Part shown: positions 1 through 10,295 of the stretch, piece after piece | How positions within the stretch are numbered: position 1 is the stretch's first letter | Layout: every line of letters begins with the position of its first letter | Assembly: GCA_963797095.1 (NCBI GenBank) | Contig: CAWCNY010000004.1 | Location: 448,001 to 512,000, forward strand | Direction of reading: 5' to 3' | Source: an uncultured Chloroflexia bacterium | GTDB taxonomy: Bacteria > Chloroflexota > Chloroflexia > QHBQ01 > JADMIH01 | Length of the DNA: 64,000 nt | Made by a program: the position numbers and the translations under genes | Notes under the pieces: model-generated | Told to the model about the DNA's origin: nothing | The model's input: the letters and a program-made list of their open reading frames with translations, nothing else | The model's database searches: none

Positions 1-40
1 GTGTATATTATCCAGAGTAATCACCAGGGAGGTATCAATT

Positions 41-766
41 TTGTCCGATAAGAACATCGCCTCAGGGCTAGAGGCGTTTGCCGATGTACAACGTGCCGTA
101 GTAGTATGCGCGCATGCTGATGATATGGAAACCATCATGGGCGGCCTGGCATGGCTTCTGGCACAACGGGGCGTGGTACTTCACGAGCTAATATGCACAC
201 TCGGCGATCTGGGCACACACGACCCGCAATACACCCGCGAAACACTCGCCCAGGCCCGCCGTGAAGAGGCTCAGCGTGCCGGCGCTCTCCTCGGCTTCAG
301 CGAAGTGGTCACCCTTGACAACCACGATGGCGACCTTGAGCCTTCACTGGGGCTTCGTGCCACTATCGCCCACTATTACCGCCTATGGCAATCGGACACC
401 CTCTTCACATTCGACCCGTCGTGGGGAGGCCAGATACACGCCGACCATCGCTCCGCAGGCAGGGCCGCCGTCGATGCCCTCATGCCCTCGCGCATGGAGC
501 TATACCACCCGGAAGACCTCCAGAACGGCCTGCAAGTAGGAAAAGTAAGCAGGGTATTCCTCTTCAGCCCACCGGTCGCCGATATCTATGTAGACATTAC
601 CGGCATATACGACAAGAAGATCGAGGCTGCCAGGGCACATGTGAGCCAGTTCCCCGGTGGCGAGGAAAACCTCCAGTGGATGCGTAACCTCGATGGCGAA
701 GCCGCCCGGCAAGCCGGGGCCGAAGGCAGACTTTATGAGCGATTTGCTCAATTGAGACTCTGGTAG
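41..766 (+). CDS. PIG-L/LmbE family deacetylase
   Basis: AHADD and HADH metal motifs, VDIT...KIEA..AH.SQ; SD GGAGG before TTG start. Confidence 0.9.
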   Translation: MSDKNIASGLEAFADVQRAVVVCAHADDMETIMGGLAWLLAQRGVVLHELICTLGDLGTHDPQYTRETLAQARREEAQRAGALLGFSEVVTLDNHDGDLEPSLGLRATIAHYYRLWQSDTLFTFDPSWGGQIHADHRSAGRAAVDALMPSRMELYHPEDLQNGLQVGKVSRVFLFSPPVADIYVDITGIYDKKIEAARAHVSQFPGGEENLQWMRNLDGEAARQAGAEGRLYERFAQLRLW

Positions 767-772
767 CGGCTC

Positions 773-1669
773 GTGTCCGACGAACGTCGCGGCCTGCTCT
801 ATGTGGGGCTGGCGGTTGTTGCCTTCTCAACCAGCCCTGTCTTCATCGTGTGGGCAGACCCAATGCCTGCCCTCCTAAAGACCTGGGGCAGACTCTTCGT
901 CGCCGCACTTGTTGTCATAGCCGCTTCCTGGATAATGTCGCGATGGGGCGCAAGCCAGGTGCCGCCACCCGATGCACAGAAGCAATCAGGCAGGTGGAAA
1001 AGCACTGCACGCTTTGCCTTCTATGGCCTGGTGGCCGCTCTCCACTTCTATTGCTATGTTGCGGCGCTCGACTACACGACGGCAGCACATGCGCTTGCCC
1101 TGGTGTACACCGCGCCTATCTTTGTGACCATCTTCTCCTCGCTCTTTCTGCATGAGCCTATCAAGGCCAGCCGCTGGTTTGGAGTGATCATAGCGGTGGT
1201 GGGTGTCGCTATTCTTGCCGGCCTCGAACCCCGGATGTCTCCCACAATGGCTCTCGGCGATCTCCTGGCGGTTGGCTCTGCCCTCACGTTCAGTATCTAC
1301 ACTATCGCCGGGCGCTTTGAGCGCGAGCGCTACCCGTTATTGGCCTACACCTCCCGCGTCTATGCTTCCGCCGCGCTCTGGCTGCTACCTCTCGCAATAC
1401 TGGCGGTGCCGGCTGCCCCACCCGGTTCCTGGGGCCTGGCTCAGATCGCTTCGGTTATCGCCCTCGGCGTCATCCCCCTCTCGTTAGGGCATACCTTTTA
1501 CACTGCAGCCCTGCGCCGCCTGCACGCGACGTTGGTAAATATCATTGCTTCACAGGAGGTCACAGGGGGCATACTACTGTCACTGCTATTCCTGAACCAG
1601 ATACCATCCTTAAATTCTCTGGTGGGTGCGCTCGTGACGCTGGTGGGCATAGGCCTTGTGCTCAGATGA
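773..1669 (+). CDS. DMT/EamA family transporter
   Basis: About 10 hydrophobic segments in two EamA-like halves (YTAPIFV...FLHE, GDLLA). Confidence 0.88.
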   Translation: MSDERRGLLYVGLAVVAFSTSPVFIVWADPMPALLKTWGRLFVAALVVIAASWIMSRWGASQVPPPDAQKQSGRWKSTARFAFYGLVAALHFYCYVAALDYTTAAHALALVYTAPIFVTIFSSLFLHEPIKASRWFGVIIAVVGVAILAGLEPRMSPTMALGDLLAVGSALTFSIYTIAGRFERERYPLLAYTSRVYASAALWLLPLAILAVPAAPPGSWGLAQIASVIALGVIPLSLGHTFYTAALRRLHATLVNIIASQEVTGGILLSLLFLNQIPSLNSLVGALVTLVGIGLVLR

Positions 1670-1807
1670 CTTGCGGCATTTGACAGTCGAAAAGTGTGCG
1701 CGCTGGCACGCTTCCTGCTATAATGGGAGCATCTTGGCAAACGTTGGGCGCATATTTATGCACGCATAGGGCTATCCTTTCGTGTATGTTTGTGATGTAC
1801 AATCTTT

Positions 1808-2665
1808 ATGAGCAAAATCCTTATCGTAGATGATGAGCCTGCCTTGATAGATGTGCTCGAAGAGCACCTACAGAGTGAAGGCTATGATACCGTCCACGCC
1901 TACTCGGGCGAGGAGGCTTTATCCATGCTCTCCAAATTGGTCCCCGATCTTGTGATCCTGGACCTTATGCTCCCCGGCATGGACGGCTACGAAGTGTGCA
2001 GACTGATGCAGGCTGATGTCCGGCTCAATCACATCCCGGTGATCATGCTCACGGCCCGCGATGCCATTCCATATAAGGTGCTTGGCTACGAGCGTGGGGC
2101 CGACGATTACATCGTTAAGCCTTTCCAGCCCGACGAGTTGAGCGTACGCGTACGCGCTCAGTTGCACCACCTCTATCACGATTCCATCTCCGAGCTGACA
2201 GGGTTGCCGGGTCCTGAGGCAGTCGAGAACAGGATCAGCGCAACCCTCGCAGATAGCAGTGGCGAATGGACCATAATCTACGTTGATATCGCCAATTTTA
2301 CCGCATACAACGAAAGCTATTCCTATGTGGAAGGCGATGAGATGATCGATGTGGCCGCACGCTCGCTTGGGCGCGCTATTCAGGAGGCGAGCGACCCTTC
2401 CCGCAACGGGGCAGAAGAATCAAGCATGCAAACCGATTTTGTGGGGCATACCGGCGGCGACAAGTTCACGCTCATTGTTCGCTCCAATCACGTCGAAAAG
2501 ATCATGGAGATCGCGCAACGCCTCTTCGCTGAAACCACAGCCGACTTCTACACTCCATCCGACCGCCAGCAAGGTTACTTGATAGTCATAAACCGGCAGG
2601 GTATTGTCACCCAGGCCAAGCTTTGCACGCTCCGCTTCGACATAGTGGGCGGCGACGACCAGTAG
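1808..2665 (+). CDS. Response regulator with GGDEF-like output domain
   Basis: Receiver motifs ILIVDD, DLMLP, KPF; C-terminal ELTGLP, YVDIANF, GHTGGDKF. Confidence 0.85.
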   Translation: MSKILIVDDEPALIDVLEEHLQSEGYDTVHAYSGEEALSMLSKLVPDLVILDLMLPGMDGYEVCRLMQADVRLNHIPVIMLTARDAIPYKVLGYERGADDYIVKPFQPDELSVRVRAQLHHLYHDSISELTGLPGPEAVENRISATLADSSGEWTIIYVDIANFTAYNESYSYVEGDEMIDVAARSLGRAIQEASDPSRNGAEESSMQTDFVGHTGGDKFTLIVRSNHVEKIMEIAQRLFAETTADFYTPSDRQQGYLIVINRQGIVTQAKLCTLRFDIVGGDDQ

Positions 2666-2768
2666 GCAGCGGATTCACGTTTCCAGGCAAATGCGATAGC
2701 TGTGCAAAAGCCCCTCTAGCCAGAACGCTCGTGCTATAATGAGCTAACCAAAAGCTCGGAGGGACGAA

Positions 2769-3350
2769 ATGAACACAGCCGACGGATCGCTCCCGCAAGA
2801 ACTGATTGATGCATTTGTGGGAGTATGTCATGGCGACTTTGAGCGTGTCAAAGCGATGCTTGCTGAGTACCCCCGCCTGGTCAACAGTGTGGCTACCTGG
2901 GGCGAGACTCCCATAGAGGCCGCTGCACAGACCTCCAACCGCGAGATCTGCGATCTCCTTCTAAGCAACGGCGCACCCCTCGAAATCTGTACCGCGGCGG
3001 CGCTCGGTATGAACGATAAAGTGCGGGAAATGCTCGATGCGGACCCCGCTCTCAAGAACGCACAGGGCGCGCACGGCATCCCGGTCATGTATTACCCGGC
3101 GATCACAGGCAATACCGAACTGGCAGAACTCCTCTTCAGCCGGGGCGCGAACCTGGACGCCGGAGCTGGTGGGAATACGGCCCTGCACGGCGCGGCCATG
3201 ACCGATCAAACACAAATGGCCGAATGGCTACTGGCTCACGGCGCGGACCCCATGCTCACCGACTACGAGGGAAAAACCGCTCTACAACGCGCCCAGGAAT
3301 ACGCCAGCCAGGGGGTCGTCAACGCCCTCGAAACTTATGCCGCTAAGTGA
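2769..3350 (+). CDS. Ankyrin repeat protein
   Basis: GETPIEAAA, GNTALHGAA, GKTALQRA repeats; SD GGAGG. Confidence 0.88.
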   Translation: MNTADGSLPQELIDAFVGVCHGDFERVKAMLAEYPRLVNSVATWGETPIEAAAQTSNREICDLLLSNGAPLEICTAAALGMNDKVREMLDADPALKNAQGAHGIPVMYYPAITGNTELAELLFSRGANLDAGAGGNTALHGAAMTDQTQMAEWLLAHGADPMLTDYEGKTALQRAQEYASQGVVNALETYAAK

Positions 3351-3419
3351 CACAACAAACTACCTCGATGTTCCTGGTTCGCTTTGGCGGCGGATGTGGA
3401 AAACCCGGCAATTCGCGCC

Positions 3420-3448
3420 TTGACACACCTCGGCGCTACCAGTATACT
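3420..3448 (+). promoter_or_regulatory. Sigma70-type promoter with no downstream ORF
   Basis: TTGACA-17 bp-TATACT. Confidence 0.75.
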
Positions 3449-3454
3449 GCGGTT

Positions 3455-3545
3455 GTTCGGTGAGCAGACATTCGCAAGAGTAGAAGCTTTCGAACATTAG
3501 CAGAAACCCGGATGGTCGTTCGCGATTGTCTGGGTTTTCTGCTTA
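3455..3545 (+). ncRNA. Candidate small structured RNA (two hairpins)
   Basis: Follows the consensus promoter; TGTTCG/CGAACA stem with GCAA loop, then a ~20-bp G-U-rich stem with TTCG loop. Confidence 0.5.
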
Positions 3546-3553
3546 AGTGCTTC

Positions 3554-4258
3554 CTATTTCACCACCGGGGTCTCTATCGTCACCTCTTTGTTGTAGTCCT
3601 TGATACTGATTGTGCGCGCGATATCGGCAGGCTCATCTGACAGCACGGGCCCCTGCAATTGAACCTTGCGCAGCAGGAAATCGCTCGCGCCTATCCAGAC
3701 GGTAGTAGAAAGATCGCCGGTGGCCGTAACCTCGGCGCTCAACGATTTCAGCGCCTGCGTGGGCACGCTCCCCTTCAGGCGGTAAGTGTCAGTGCCGTCA
3801 ATCTTCTCGGTGCCATCGCTTGCCAACCCCTTGATGTTCCCCAGGATATCGGCCATCCCCTTCGATGGGTCGAAGAACTCGGCCATATTAAGCTCGCTCG
3901 GCATAGGTCCCCATCTGCCCGACGCCGGGTCGGTCCAGTACTGGCTCTGGCCGTCAACCAGCACGTTGATCTTCACAGGGATGCCGCTGTAGGTGGCGCT
4001 CACACTTCCCGAAAGCTTATCGGGCTTCAAGACATCACCATCCACCCCTGTAATGAATATGCCGGGCGGGGCCTTCTGTATCTTGCTCGTTTCCAGGGTG
4101 AAATGGAACGAATTGGCCGCGTTGATGGCGGGCACAGCCTTCCCGATAATCTGGTCCGGCGGCAGGTTGTCAGGTCCCCCGCAGGCCGCCAGTGCTGTAA
4201 CCACGCCAAGCGCCACCACCACGACCCCAACCCTTGCCTTCCACCTGTGCAGGCTCAT
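3554..4258 (-). CDS. LppX/LprAFG-like lipoprotein
   Basis: Lipobox LAAC; SFHFTL, TEKIDGTDTYRLKG, TVWIG, DYNKEVTIETP; SD GGAGG. Confidence 0.8.
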   Translation of the reverse strand: MSLHRWKARVGVVVVALGVVTALAACGGPDNLPPDQIIGKAVPAINAANSFHFTLETSKIQKAPPGIFITGVDGDVLKPDKLSGSVSATYSGIPVKINVLVDGQSQYWTDPASGRWGPMPSELNMAEFFDPSKGMADILGNIKGLASDGTEKIDGTDTYRLKGSVPTQALKSLSAEVTATGDLSTTVWIGASDFLLRKVQLQGPVLSDEPADIARTISIKDYNKEVTIETPVVK

Positions 4259-4476
4259 ATTCCCTCCCTTGATCTGATCTCTCACTTCGACAACTTAATC
4301 ATATCACACGCTTTGTGGAAACACACCCTGCCGCTATTGCACCATGCTATATTTGATACCCCGGCAACGCCGGATACAACCAAACACAAAAATGACTGCT
4401 GAACAATGAGTAAGCAGCAAGAAGTGCTCCCTGCGTAGCAGCACGCAGCAAAGGCGCAAAACGAAGGTGGTACACA

Positions 4477-5562
4477 ATGTCTGAACCTATCGCTACACTG
4501 GAAGAGGCCCCCTCCACAGGCGAGTACCTCGATGAATATGAAATGCCCACGAACCGGCTTGGAAGCGGTACGCTCACCAAAACCAGGCCAAAACCAGCCT
4601 TCGGTATCGAGGACTGGGATATGGTTCCTGATGCCGATTGGCTCCTGCGCCTGACCGGGAGCCTTCGCACCGCCGAACTGGACGATGACGACCCCCAGAC
4701 ATCGCTGGACCACCGCTCCCGGTTTACCTCCGCATCCCCACGGGCAAGATCGGGCATGTTCTCTCATACGTCCGCTGTCAGGATCGTACCGACCAGGGGC
4801 GCGCGCTTCACAACGGGCCTCAGACGCACTTTCCTGATGGTACTGCTGGCGGTTCTCGGCACCGGCCTGCTGGCTGGAGCAGGCTATTTGCTTGCCGAAA
4901 CCTCCTGGCTCTCCAATCTCTTCTCGCCCGCACCCACTGTAGTGACCCCGCCAGCTCAGACGCCTGGCGATTCGCAGCCGCAGCAGGAAGTTGTGCAGCC
5001 TCAAGCACCCTTACCTGAGATCAGGGACTCGCGCCCGCCGATCACACAGCCCGCCGGGAGCGCCCAAACACAGGAAACCGGCCCCGCCGTTCCAGCCGAC
5101 ATTGAAGAGTCCGCGCTGGCGGGTACGGATGCGCTGGTGCTTCGAGAGCGAGGCATGGAGGCTTACAAGGCCGGAGACTACGAAGGGGCTGTCACACTGC
5201 TTGAACAATCGGTCGTCCTCAACAAGGACGATCCAATGGCGCAATACCAACTCGGCATGGCCTACATGTCAATCACAGGGCGCGATCACGCCATGGATGA
5301 CGCGGAACTGGCTTTCCGCACGGCTACCTCCCTCCAGCCCGACTGGGCAGCGGCTTACCAGATGCTGGCCGAGACCTTCTTGAGGCGCGGCTTCTACAAT
5401 GAAGCTATCTCGCCGGCCGAGCAGGCTACCAATCTCGACCCAACTATGGCCGAAGCGTGGCTCACCCTCGGCAGGGCCTACACCGGGGCAGGAATGGAAA
5501 GCGAAGCTACCCAGGCTTACGCCGAAGCTGCTCGCTATGCCCCAGACCCAACCCAACCCTGA
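4477..5562 (+). CDS. Membrane-anchored TPR protein
   Basis: One TM helix, Pro/Gln linker, about 4 TPR repeats. Confidence 0.82.
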   Translation: MSEPIATLEEAPSTGEYLDEYEMPTNRLGSGTLTKTRPKPAFGIEDWDMVPDADWLLRLTGSLRTAELDDDDPQTSLDHRSRFTSASPRARSGMFSHTSAVRIVPTRGARFTTGLRRTFLMVLLAVLGTGLLAGAGYLLAETSWLSNLFSPAPTVVTPPAQTPGDSQPQQEVVQPQAPLPEIRDSRPPITQPAGSAQTQETGPAVPADIEESALAGTDALVLRERGMEAYKAGDYEGAVTLLEQSVVLNKDDPMAQYQLGMAYMSITGRDHAMDDAELAFRTATSLQPDWAAAYQMLAETFLRRGFYNEAISPAEQATNLDPTMAEAWLTLGRAYTGAGMESEATQAYAEAARYAPDPTQP

Positions 5563-5658
5563 GCCGGTCAGATATCTATTCCCAACTTATGGTATAATAT
5601 CGGGCTTTTGATCTGGCCATATAGTGGCCTTCACATCTTCTTAAGCCTGATACACCAT

Positions 5659-6039
5659 ATGATTGGTCCCGTCGTCAAGAATCTAAGGTTGGATCGCGGC
5701 CTCAGCCAGGAGGGGTTGGCAAACCTTGCCAACGTTAGCAGCGGCTACCTATCCAAGCTCGAACGCGGCCTCTATAAAGAGCCATCTTACGAAGTATTGA
5801 GCCGCATAGCAGGCGCGCTCCAGGTCCCTACTGCTCAACTCTACCAGGAGGCAGGCATGGAGCACCTCCTGGCCGAGGCCGACCCCAGTTTCGAGCCTGT
5901 GGTGCAGGAGTTCGCGCCGACGCTGGCCGGGCTACCCAAGCGCGACCGCGCAATTATCCTTACCGAGATCCGCCGAGTCTTCCTGGAAGAAGGAGAGGCG
6001 GGTAAAAAGAACGCCTCACCGGGGAACGCCACCAAATGA
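5659..6039 (+). CDS. XRE-family HTH regulator
   Basis: LRLDRGLSQEGLA...YLSKLERG...PS; stop overlaps next start (ATGA). Confidence 0.88.
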   Translation: MIGPVVKNLRLDRGLSQEGLANLANVSSGYLSKLERGLYKEPSYEVLSRIAGALQVPTAQLYQEAGMEHLLAEADPSFEPVVQEFAPTLAGLPKRDRAIILTEIRRVFLEEGEAGKKNASPGNATK

Positions 6040-6509
6040 GCACCCTCAACGACGACCTGATGGATACCATCGAGTTCCTGGTCAACCGGCACAGGCTGCA
6101 CACCCGCCTGCCGGTGGAACTGGGCCCCCTGCTCGACCGCTTCGAGCTACGCAAGCACAACTTCACCCCCATGACAATGGGCTTCGCCCTGGTGCGCCCC
6201 AAGAGCATCCACATCGGCATAAATAAGAACCTGAGGGTCGATGAGCAGCGCATGGCAATAGCCCATGAAGTTGGGCACATTGTCGCCAACCAACCGGGCC
6301 AACTTTTCGTATGCCGTACCAGCGATTGGTCAAAAGAGAAGGACGAGCGCGAGGCCCACTTGATAGCTGCCTGTCTCCTGGTCCCCTTGCGGGTGGTCGC
6401 CGAAAACTATTACCCGGGCTCCATCGACCAGCTTGCGCGCGCTCTCAAAGTGCCCGCCAACCTGGTGGAGCTACGATGGTCCTTCGCCCGCGTCCACGGC
6501 GATATCTGA
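6036..6509 (+). CDS. ImmA/IrrE family metallopeptidase
   Basis: IAHEVGH (HExxH) and EREAH..AA.LLVP. Confidence 0.85.
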   Translation: MSTLNDDLMDTIEFLVNRHRLHTRLPVELGPLLDRFELRKHNFTPMTMGFALVRPKSIHIGINKNLRVDEQRMAIAHEVGHIVANQPGQLFVCRTSDWSKEKDEREAHLIAACLLVPLRVVAENYYPGSIDQLARALKVPANLVELRWSFARVHGDI

Positions 6510-6529
6510 GATCAACAGGCTTTATCGCG

Positions 6530-6964
6530 GTGAGATACACAAAAGTCCTAGCCTATATCACACGCCCCGGTAGAAACGGCAGACCTGAGCTTCTGGTGTT
6601 CGACCATCGCTACTACCCTGATGCAGGCACCCAGGTCCCGGCTGGCACGGTGGAAGAAGGCGAGCGCATAGAGGATGCGCTGCACCGCGAGATCATGGAA
6701 GAAACAGGTTTAGGTAGTTGCGCTGTCCTGGCGAAACTTGCCGTCCACGATTGGGAGAACCCCGACACTCATAATATTCACGAGCGGCACATCTACCACC
6801 TGGCAGCCCCCGAAGGCACTCACGATAATTGGACGTGGATTGAGACCGACGGCGGCAAGGTGTTGGAACATGAGGGATATGTCTTCCTGTTTCGCTGGCT
6901 TCCCCTCGATGGTGAGATCGACCTGGCAGGCAACCAGGGCGACTGCCTCCACCTCATCCGCTAA
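6530..6964 (+). CDS. NUDIX hydrolase
   Basis: Nudix box GTVEEGERIEDALHREIMEETG; start placed at GTG 6530. Confidence 0.85.
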   Translation: MRYTKVLAYITRPGRNGRPELLVFDHRYYPDAGTQVPAGTVEEGERIEDALHREIMEETGLGSCAVLAKLAVHDWENPDTHNIHERHIYHLAAPEGTHDNWTWIETDGGKVLEHEGYVFLFRWLPLDGEIDLAGNQGDCLHLIR

Positions 6965-7650
6965 GAATCGACATTCGGACTATCCCCTATAGCCCTCACC
7001 ACGGTGGCGGCAAATACATGCTCGGTCCCCTTCGCCATCAGCGCGAAGGCACATTCGGATAGCGCTGCACCCGTAGTGCAAACGTCATCAACCAGGAGCA
7101 CGCTCAATGGTGCGGCCTCACCCGCCCATTGAAAGGCATCGCGCACATTCTCCGCCCGCCCCTCCGCATCCAATCCTACCTGGGAGCGCATCGCCTTCAC
7201 GCGTACAAGCTCCTCGCGCAACTGCCAACAGGTAATCCGGCAAAGCTCTCGCGCTAATAACTCGGCCTGGTTGTACCCTCGCAAGCGCTTCTTCGACGGG
7301 TGCAAAGGCACAGGAACCACTACGGGAGGCGCATCGTCGTCGGCCACCCATCGCTCGTCCAATGCCAGCGCCTCGGCCATCATGGCGGCGAGCGGCCTGG
7401 CGAGGGGGCTATCGCTTTCGTACTTCAACCGGTGGATCGCCTGGCGCAATGGCCCGCCAAATACCCCGCCGCAAATCAACGCCTCGATCCGCTCGACCTC
7501 AGCCCAACCTGCGGGCACTGGCACAGTGGCAGCGGCGCAATCGGCGCACAGCAGCATACCCCGCCTGTTACATCCTGCACAGCGCGGTGGGTAGATTATG
7601 TCAAGCAGGAAGCCCCAGGCTCGCGGAAGCAGCGCCTCCTTCAACCTCAT
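6961..7650 (-). CDS. comF: ComF family protein
   Basis: Double Cxx[23 protein letters not shown]. Confidence 0.88.
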   Translation of the reverse strand: MRLKEALLPRAWGFLLDIIYPPRCAGCNRRGMLLCADCAAATVPVPAGWAEVERIEALICGGVFGGPLRQAIHRLKYESDSPLARPLAAMMAEALALDERWVADDDAPPVVVPVPLHPSKKRLRGYNQAELLARELCRITCWQLREELVRVKAMRSQVGLDAEGRAENVRDAFQWAGEAAPLSVLLVDDVCTTGAALSECAFALMAKGTEHVFAATVVRAIGDSPNVDS

Positions 7651-8660
7651 CCCCCGATATGAGACATCTCCACTTTGGGCTTGTGTGCGGTCTCGACGGT
7701 CCTGATCTCCGAATAGCGGTCCTGCCGCTTGCGCCAGATTGTCGCTACCTTCTCAGATATCTCCTCGTCGCTCTGGCCACCCCGCAACATCCCCCGAAGG
7801 TCGTGCCCAAACGCCCCAAACAAGCATGAATAAAGCAAACCCTCGGACGAAAGTCGCGCCCGCGTGCAATCGCCGCAGAACGGCTGCGTCACCGACGAGA
7901 TAATCCCGATCTCACCTTCGCCGTCCTTGTACCTGTATCGCTTCGCCACTTCGCCCCGGTAATTGGCGTCGATAGGCTCAATGGGCAACTCGGTATTGAC
8001 CATCCGCACGATCTCGGCGGCCCCAACCACATCATCGAGCCGCCAGCCGTTGGTGGCTCCCACATCCATGTACTCAATGAACCGCAGAATAATGCCCATA
8101 TCCTTGAAATGCCGCGCCATCGGCAAGACCGAGTCCTCGTTCACTCCGCGCTTCACCACCATATTGACCTTGATCGGCCACAATCCAACCGCCCGCGCCT
8201 CTTCGATGCCCTCAAGCACCCTCTCGACGGGGAAATCAACGTCGTTCATACCCATGAATACATCGTTATCGAGCGAATCGAGGCTGACTGTCACCCGCTG
8301 CAAACCTGCATCCTTAAGGGCACGCGCCTTGCGCGCCAGCAAGGCGCCATTTGTGGTGAGGGTGAGGTCCTTCAAGCCGGGCAGCGGTGCGAGCATAGCT
8401 ATCAGCCGCTCGATATCCCGGCGTACCAGCGGCTCGCCCCCGGTGATCCTCAGTTTCTCCACTCCCAACCCCATAAATATGCCCGCCAGCCGCGTGATCT
8501 CCTCGAAACTGAGCAGCGCCGAAGCCGGGAGGAACTTGAAATCCCGCCCAAATACCTCCTTAGGCATACAGTAGGTGCAGCGAAAATTGCACCTGTCTGT
8601 CACAGAGATTCGGAGGTCATGTAAGCGCCGGTTGAGCAGGTCGGTAGGTCCATCATGCAT
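7647..8660 (-). CDS. moaA: GTP 3',8-cyclase
   Basis: [29 protein letters not shown]-terminal MSHIGG. Confidence 0.96.
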   Translation of the reverse strand: MHDGPTDLLNRRLHDLRISVTDRCNFRCTYCMPKEVFGRDFKFLPASALLSFEEITRLAGIFMGLGVEKLRITGGEPLVRRDIERLIAMLAPLPGLKDLTLTTNGALLARKARALKDAGLQRVTVSLDSLDNDVFMGMNDVDFPVERVLEGIEEARAVGLWPIKVNMVVKRGVNEDSVLPMARHFKDMGIILRFIEYMDVGATNGWRLDDVVGAAEIVRMVNTELPIEPIDANYRGEVAKRYRYKDGEGEIGIISSVTQPFCGDCTRARLSSEGLLYSCLFGAFGHDLRGMLRGGQSDEEISEKVATIWRKRQDRYSEIRTVETAHKPKVEMSHIGG

Positions 8661-8836
8661 AACACAATTATACCATCTGAACACCAACTCAGTCCCAATT
8701 TTCGCGGGCCGCCATTGCAATCCCCAGCATATTTGTTCTCTGCTATAATGAAGACCACTTGACGTGGTACGCTTGTTGCTAAATAAAACGTCACTCGAAT
8801 CCCCTCCGACTACCGACTACCAACAACAAATAACCA

Positions 8837-9364
8837 ATGAAAGACATCCTCCAGGGCAAGTGGCTCAAACACCCTCTGCACCCCATAATGGCGCACATCC
8901 CCACTGCGCTTTGGCCCGCCGCGCTTCTGTTCGACATCCTCGCAGCGTTCGGTGTCGGCGGCAACGCGATGGTGCAGACCGCTTTTTACTGCATCGCCTT
9001 TGGCCTAATCGCCGCCTTCGGTGCTATCCCCGCCGGGCTTGCCGATTGGTGGGACATCAAGCCGGGCAAGCCCGCACGCACCATCGGTATCTACCACCTG
9101 TCGATCAACGTGACGATAACGGTCCTCCAGATTATCAGTCTCCTCCTGAGGGTTGGCGACCTCACCACCGCTACCACTGTTCCAACCCTGTCGCTTGTGC
9201 TCTCCGTCATTGTCACCCTCGCACTTTTTGTGTCGGGCTACCTGGGTGGGCGTATGGTATATGACCAGGGGATCAGCATAGCGCGGCTGTCCAAGGGCGA
9301 GTGGCGCGAGCGTGCCGAGCGCGCAGGCTCAGCCGTCCCCAAGAAGGAGGGAGCCGAGGGATGA
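8837..9364 (+). CDS. DUF2231-like membrane protein
   Basis: HPLHPIMAHIP, GLADW, SGYLGGRMVY; 4 TM. Confidence 0.8.
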   Translation: MKDILQGKWLKHPLHPIMAHIPTALWPAALLFDILAAFGVGGNAMVQTAFYCIAFGLIAAFGAIPAGLADWWDIKPGKPARTIGIYHLSINVTITVLQIISLLLRVGDLTTATTVPTLSLVLSVIVTLALFVSGYLGGRMVYDQGISIARLSKGEWRERAERAGSAVPKKEGAEG

Positions 9365-10206
9365 TCCTGAAGGATTTTCTGCAAGGCAAGCCCCTGGGAC
9401 ATCCCCTCCACCCGCTGCTGGTGCACTTCCCCGTGGGCCTACTGGTGATCAGCCTCCTGTTCGACCTCTCCATATTCCTCGGCCCAGGCAACACCGCCAT
9501 ACGCGGGGCCTTCTACACCATGCTCGCGGGTTTCGTGATGGGCGTCCTCGCTGCCATCCCAGGCCTCTTTGATTGGGCCGACATCCGACCCGATCACGTC
9601 GCCAAAAAGCCCGCCACTACCCACATGTGGCTGAACCTCGCCCTGCTCGCCATTGTTGCGATCAACATCGCCACCCGCATCCCCGCCCTCGAAGACAGCA
9701 CAACACCCGTAGCCTCTTTGATCCTGTCACTGGCAGGAGCTGGCATTATAAGCATCTCAGGCTACCTGGGAGGCAAGATCGTCTACGATGATGGCATAGC
9801 TGTAGGCAGGCACAGGCGTCATGCATCCAGCCCACCCGCCACGCTAAAGCTGACCGAGAAGAACGGTGCAAAGCCAGGCCAGTACGTAGAAATATTCACC
9901 GAGGATAAACTGGGAGAAGGCGAAACAATCCGACTGGAGCTTCTAGGCAACATCATGACCCTGGCAAGGGTCAACGGTGAGTTTTGCGCCTTCCAGGAGT
10001 TCTGCTCCCACCGCTTCGGCCCGCTTTCAGAGGGGAGTTTCGAGGGCAATCAGGTGCGCTGCCCCTGGCACAACTCCTGTTTCGACGTGCATACAGGCAA
10101 AGTAACCAAAGGCCCGGCCAAGCTAGACATCAAGACCTATGAAGTCCGAGTAAACGAAGGCAAAATCGAGGTCCGAGTTCCCAACACCCCCGCCGAAGGA
10201 GACTAG
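9361..10206 (+). CDS. DUF2231-like membrane domain fused to Rieske [2Fe-2S] domain
   Basis: HPLHPLLVHFP...GYLGGKIVY, then CSH...CPWH. Confidence 0.85.
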   Translation: MILKDFLQGKPLGHPLHPLLVHFPVGLLVISLLFDLSIFLGPGNTAIRGAFYTMLAGFVMGVLAAIPGLFDWADIRPDHVAKKPATTHMWLNLALLAIVAINIATRIPALEDSTTPVASLILSLAGAGIISISGYLGGKIVYDDGIAVGRHRRHASSPPATLKLTEKNGAKPGQYVEIFTEDKLGEGETIRLELLGNIMTLARVNGEFCAFQEFCSHRFGPLSEGSFEGNQVRCPWHNSCFDVHTGKVTKGPAKLDIKTYEVRVNEGKIEVRVPNTPAEGD

Positions 10207-10215
10207 CAAGTTCAT

Positions 10216-10295
10216 GGTAGCCGGTAGCCGGTAGCCGGATCTTCAGGCTAAATACTCGCTACTCGTCACTCGCTACTCGTCACTCGCTACTCGTC
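10216..10295. repeat. Heptamer arrays (GGTAGCC)x3 and (ACTCGCT/ACTCGTC)x6
   Basis: Read directly between convergent genes. Confidence 0.9.

Noticed and set aside
5659-6509. Prophage or ICE immunity region
   Set aside because: No integrase, att repeats, structural or conjugation genes nearby.
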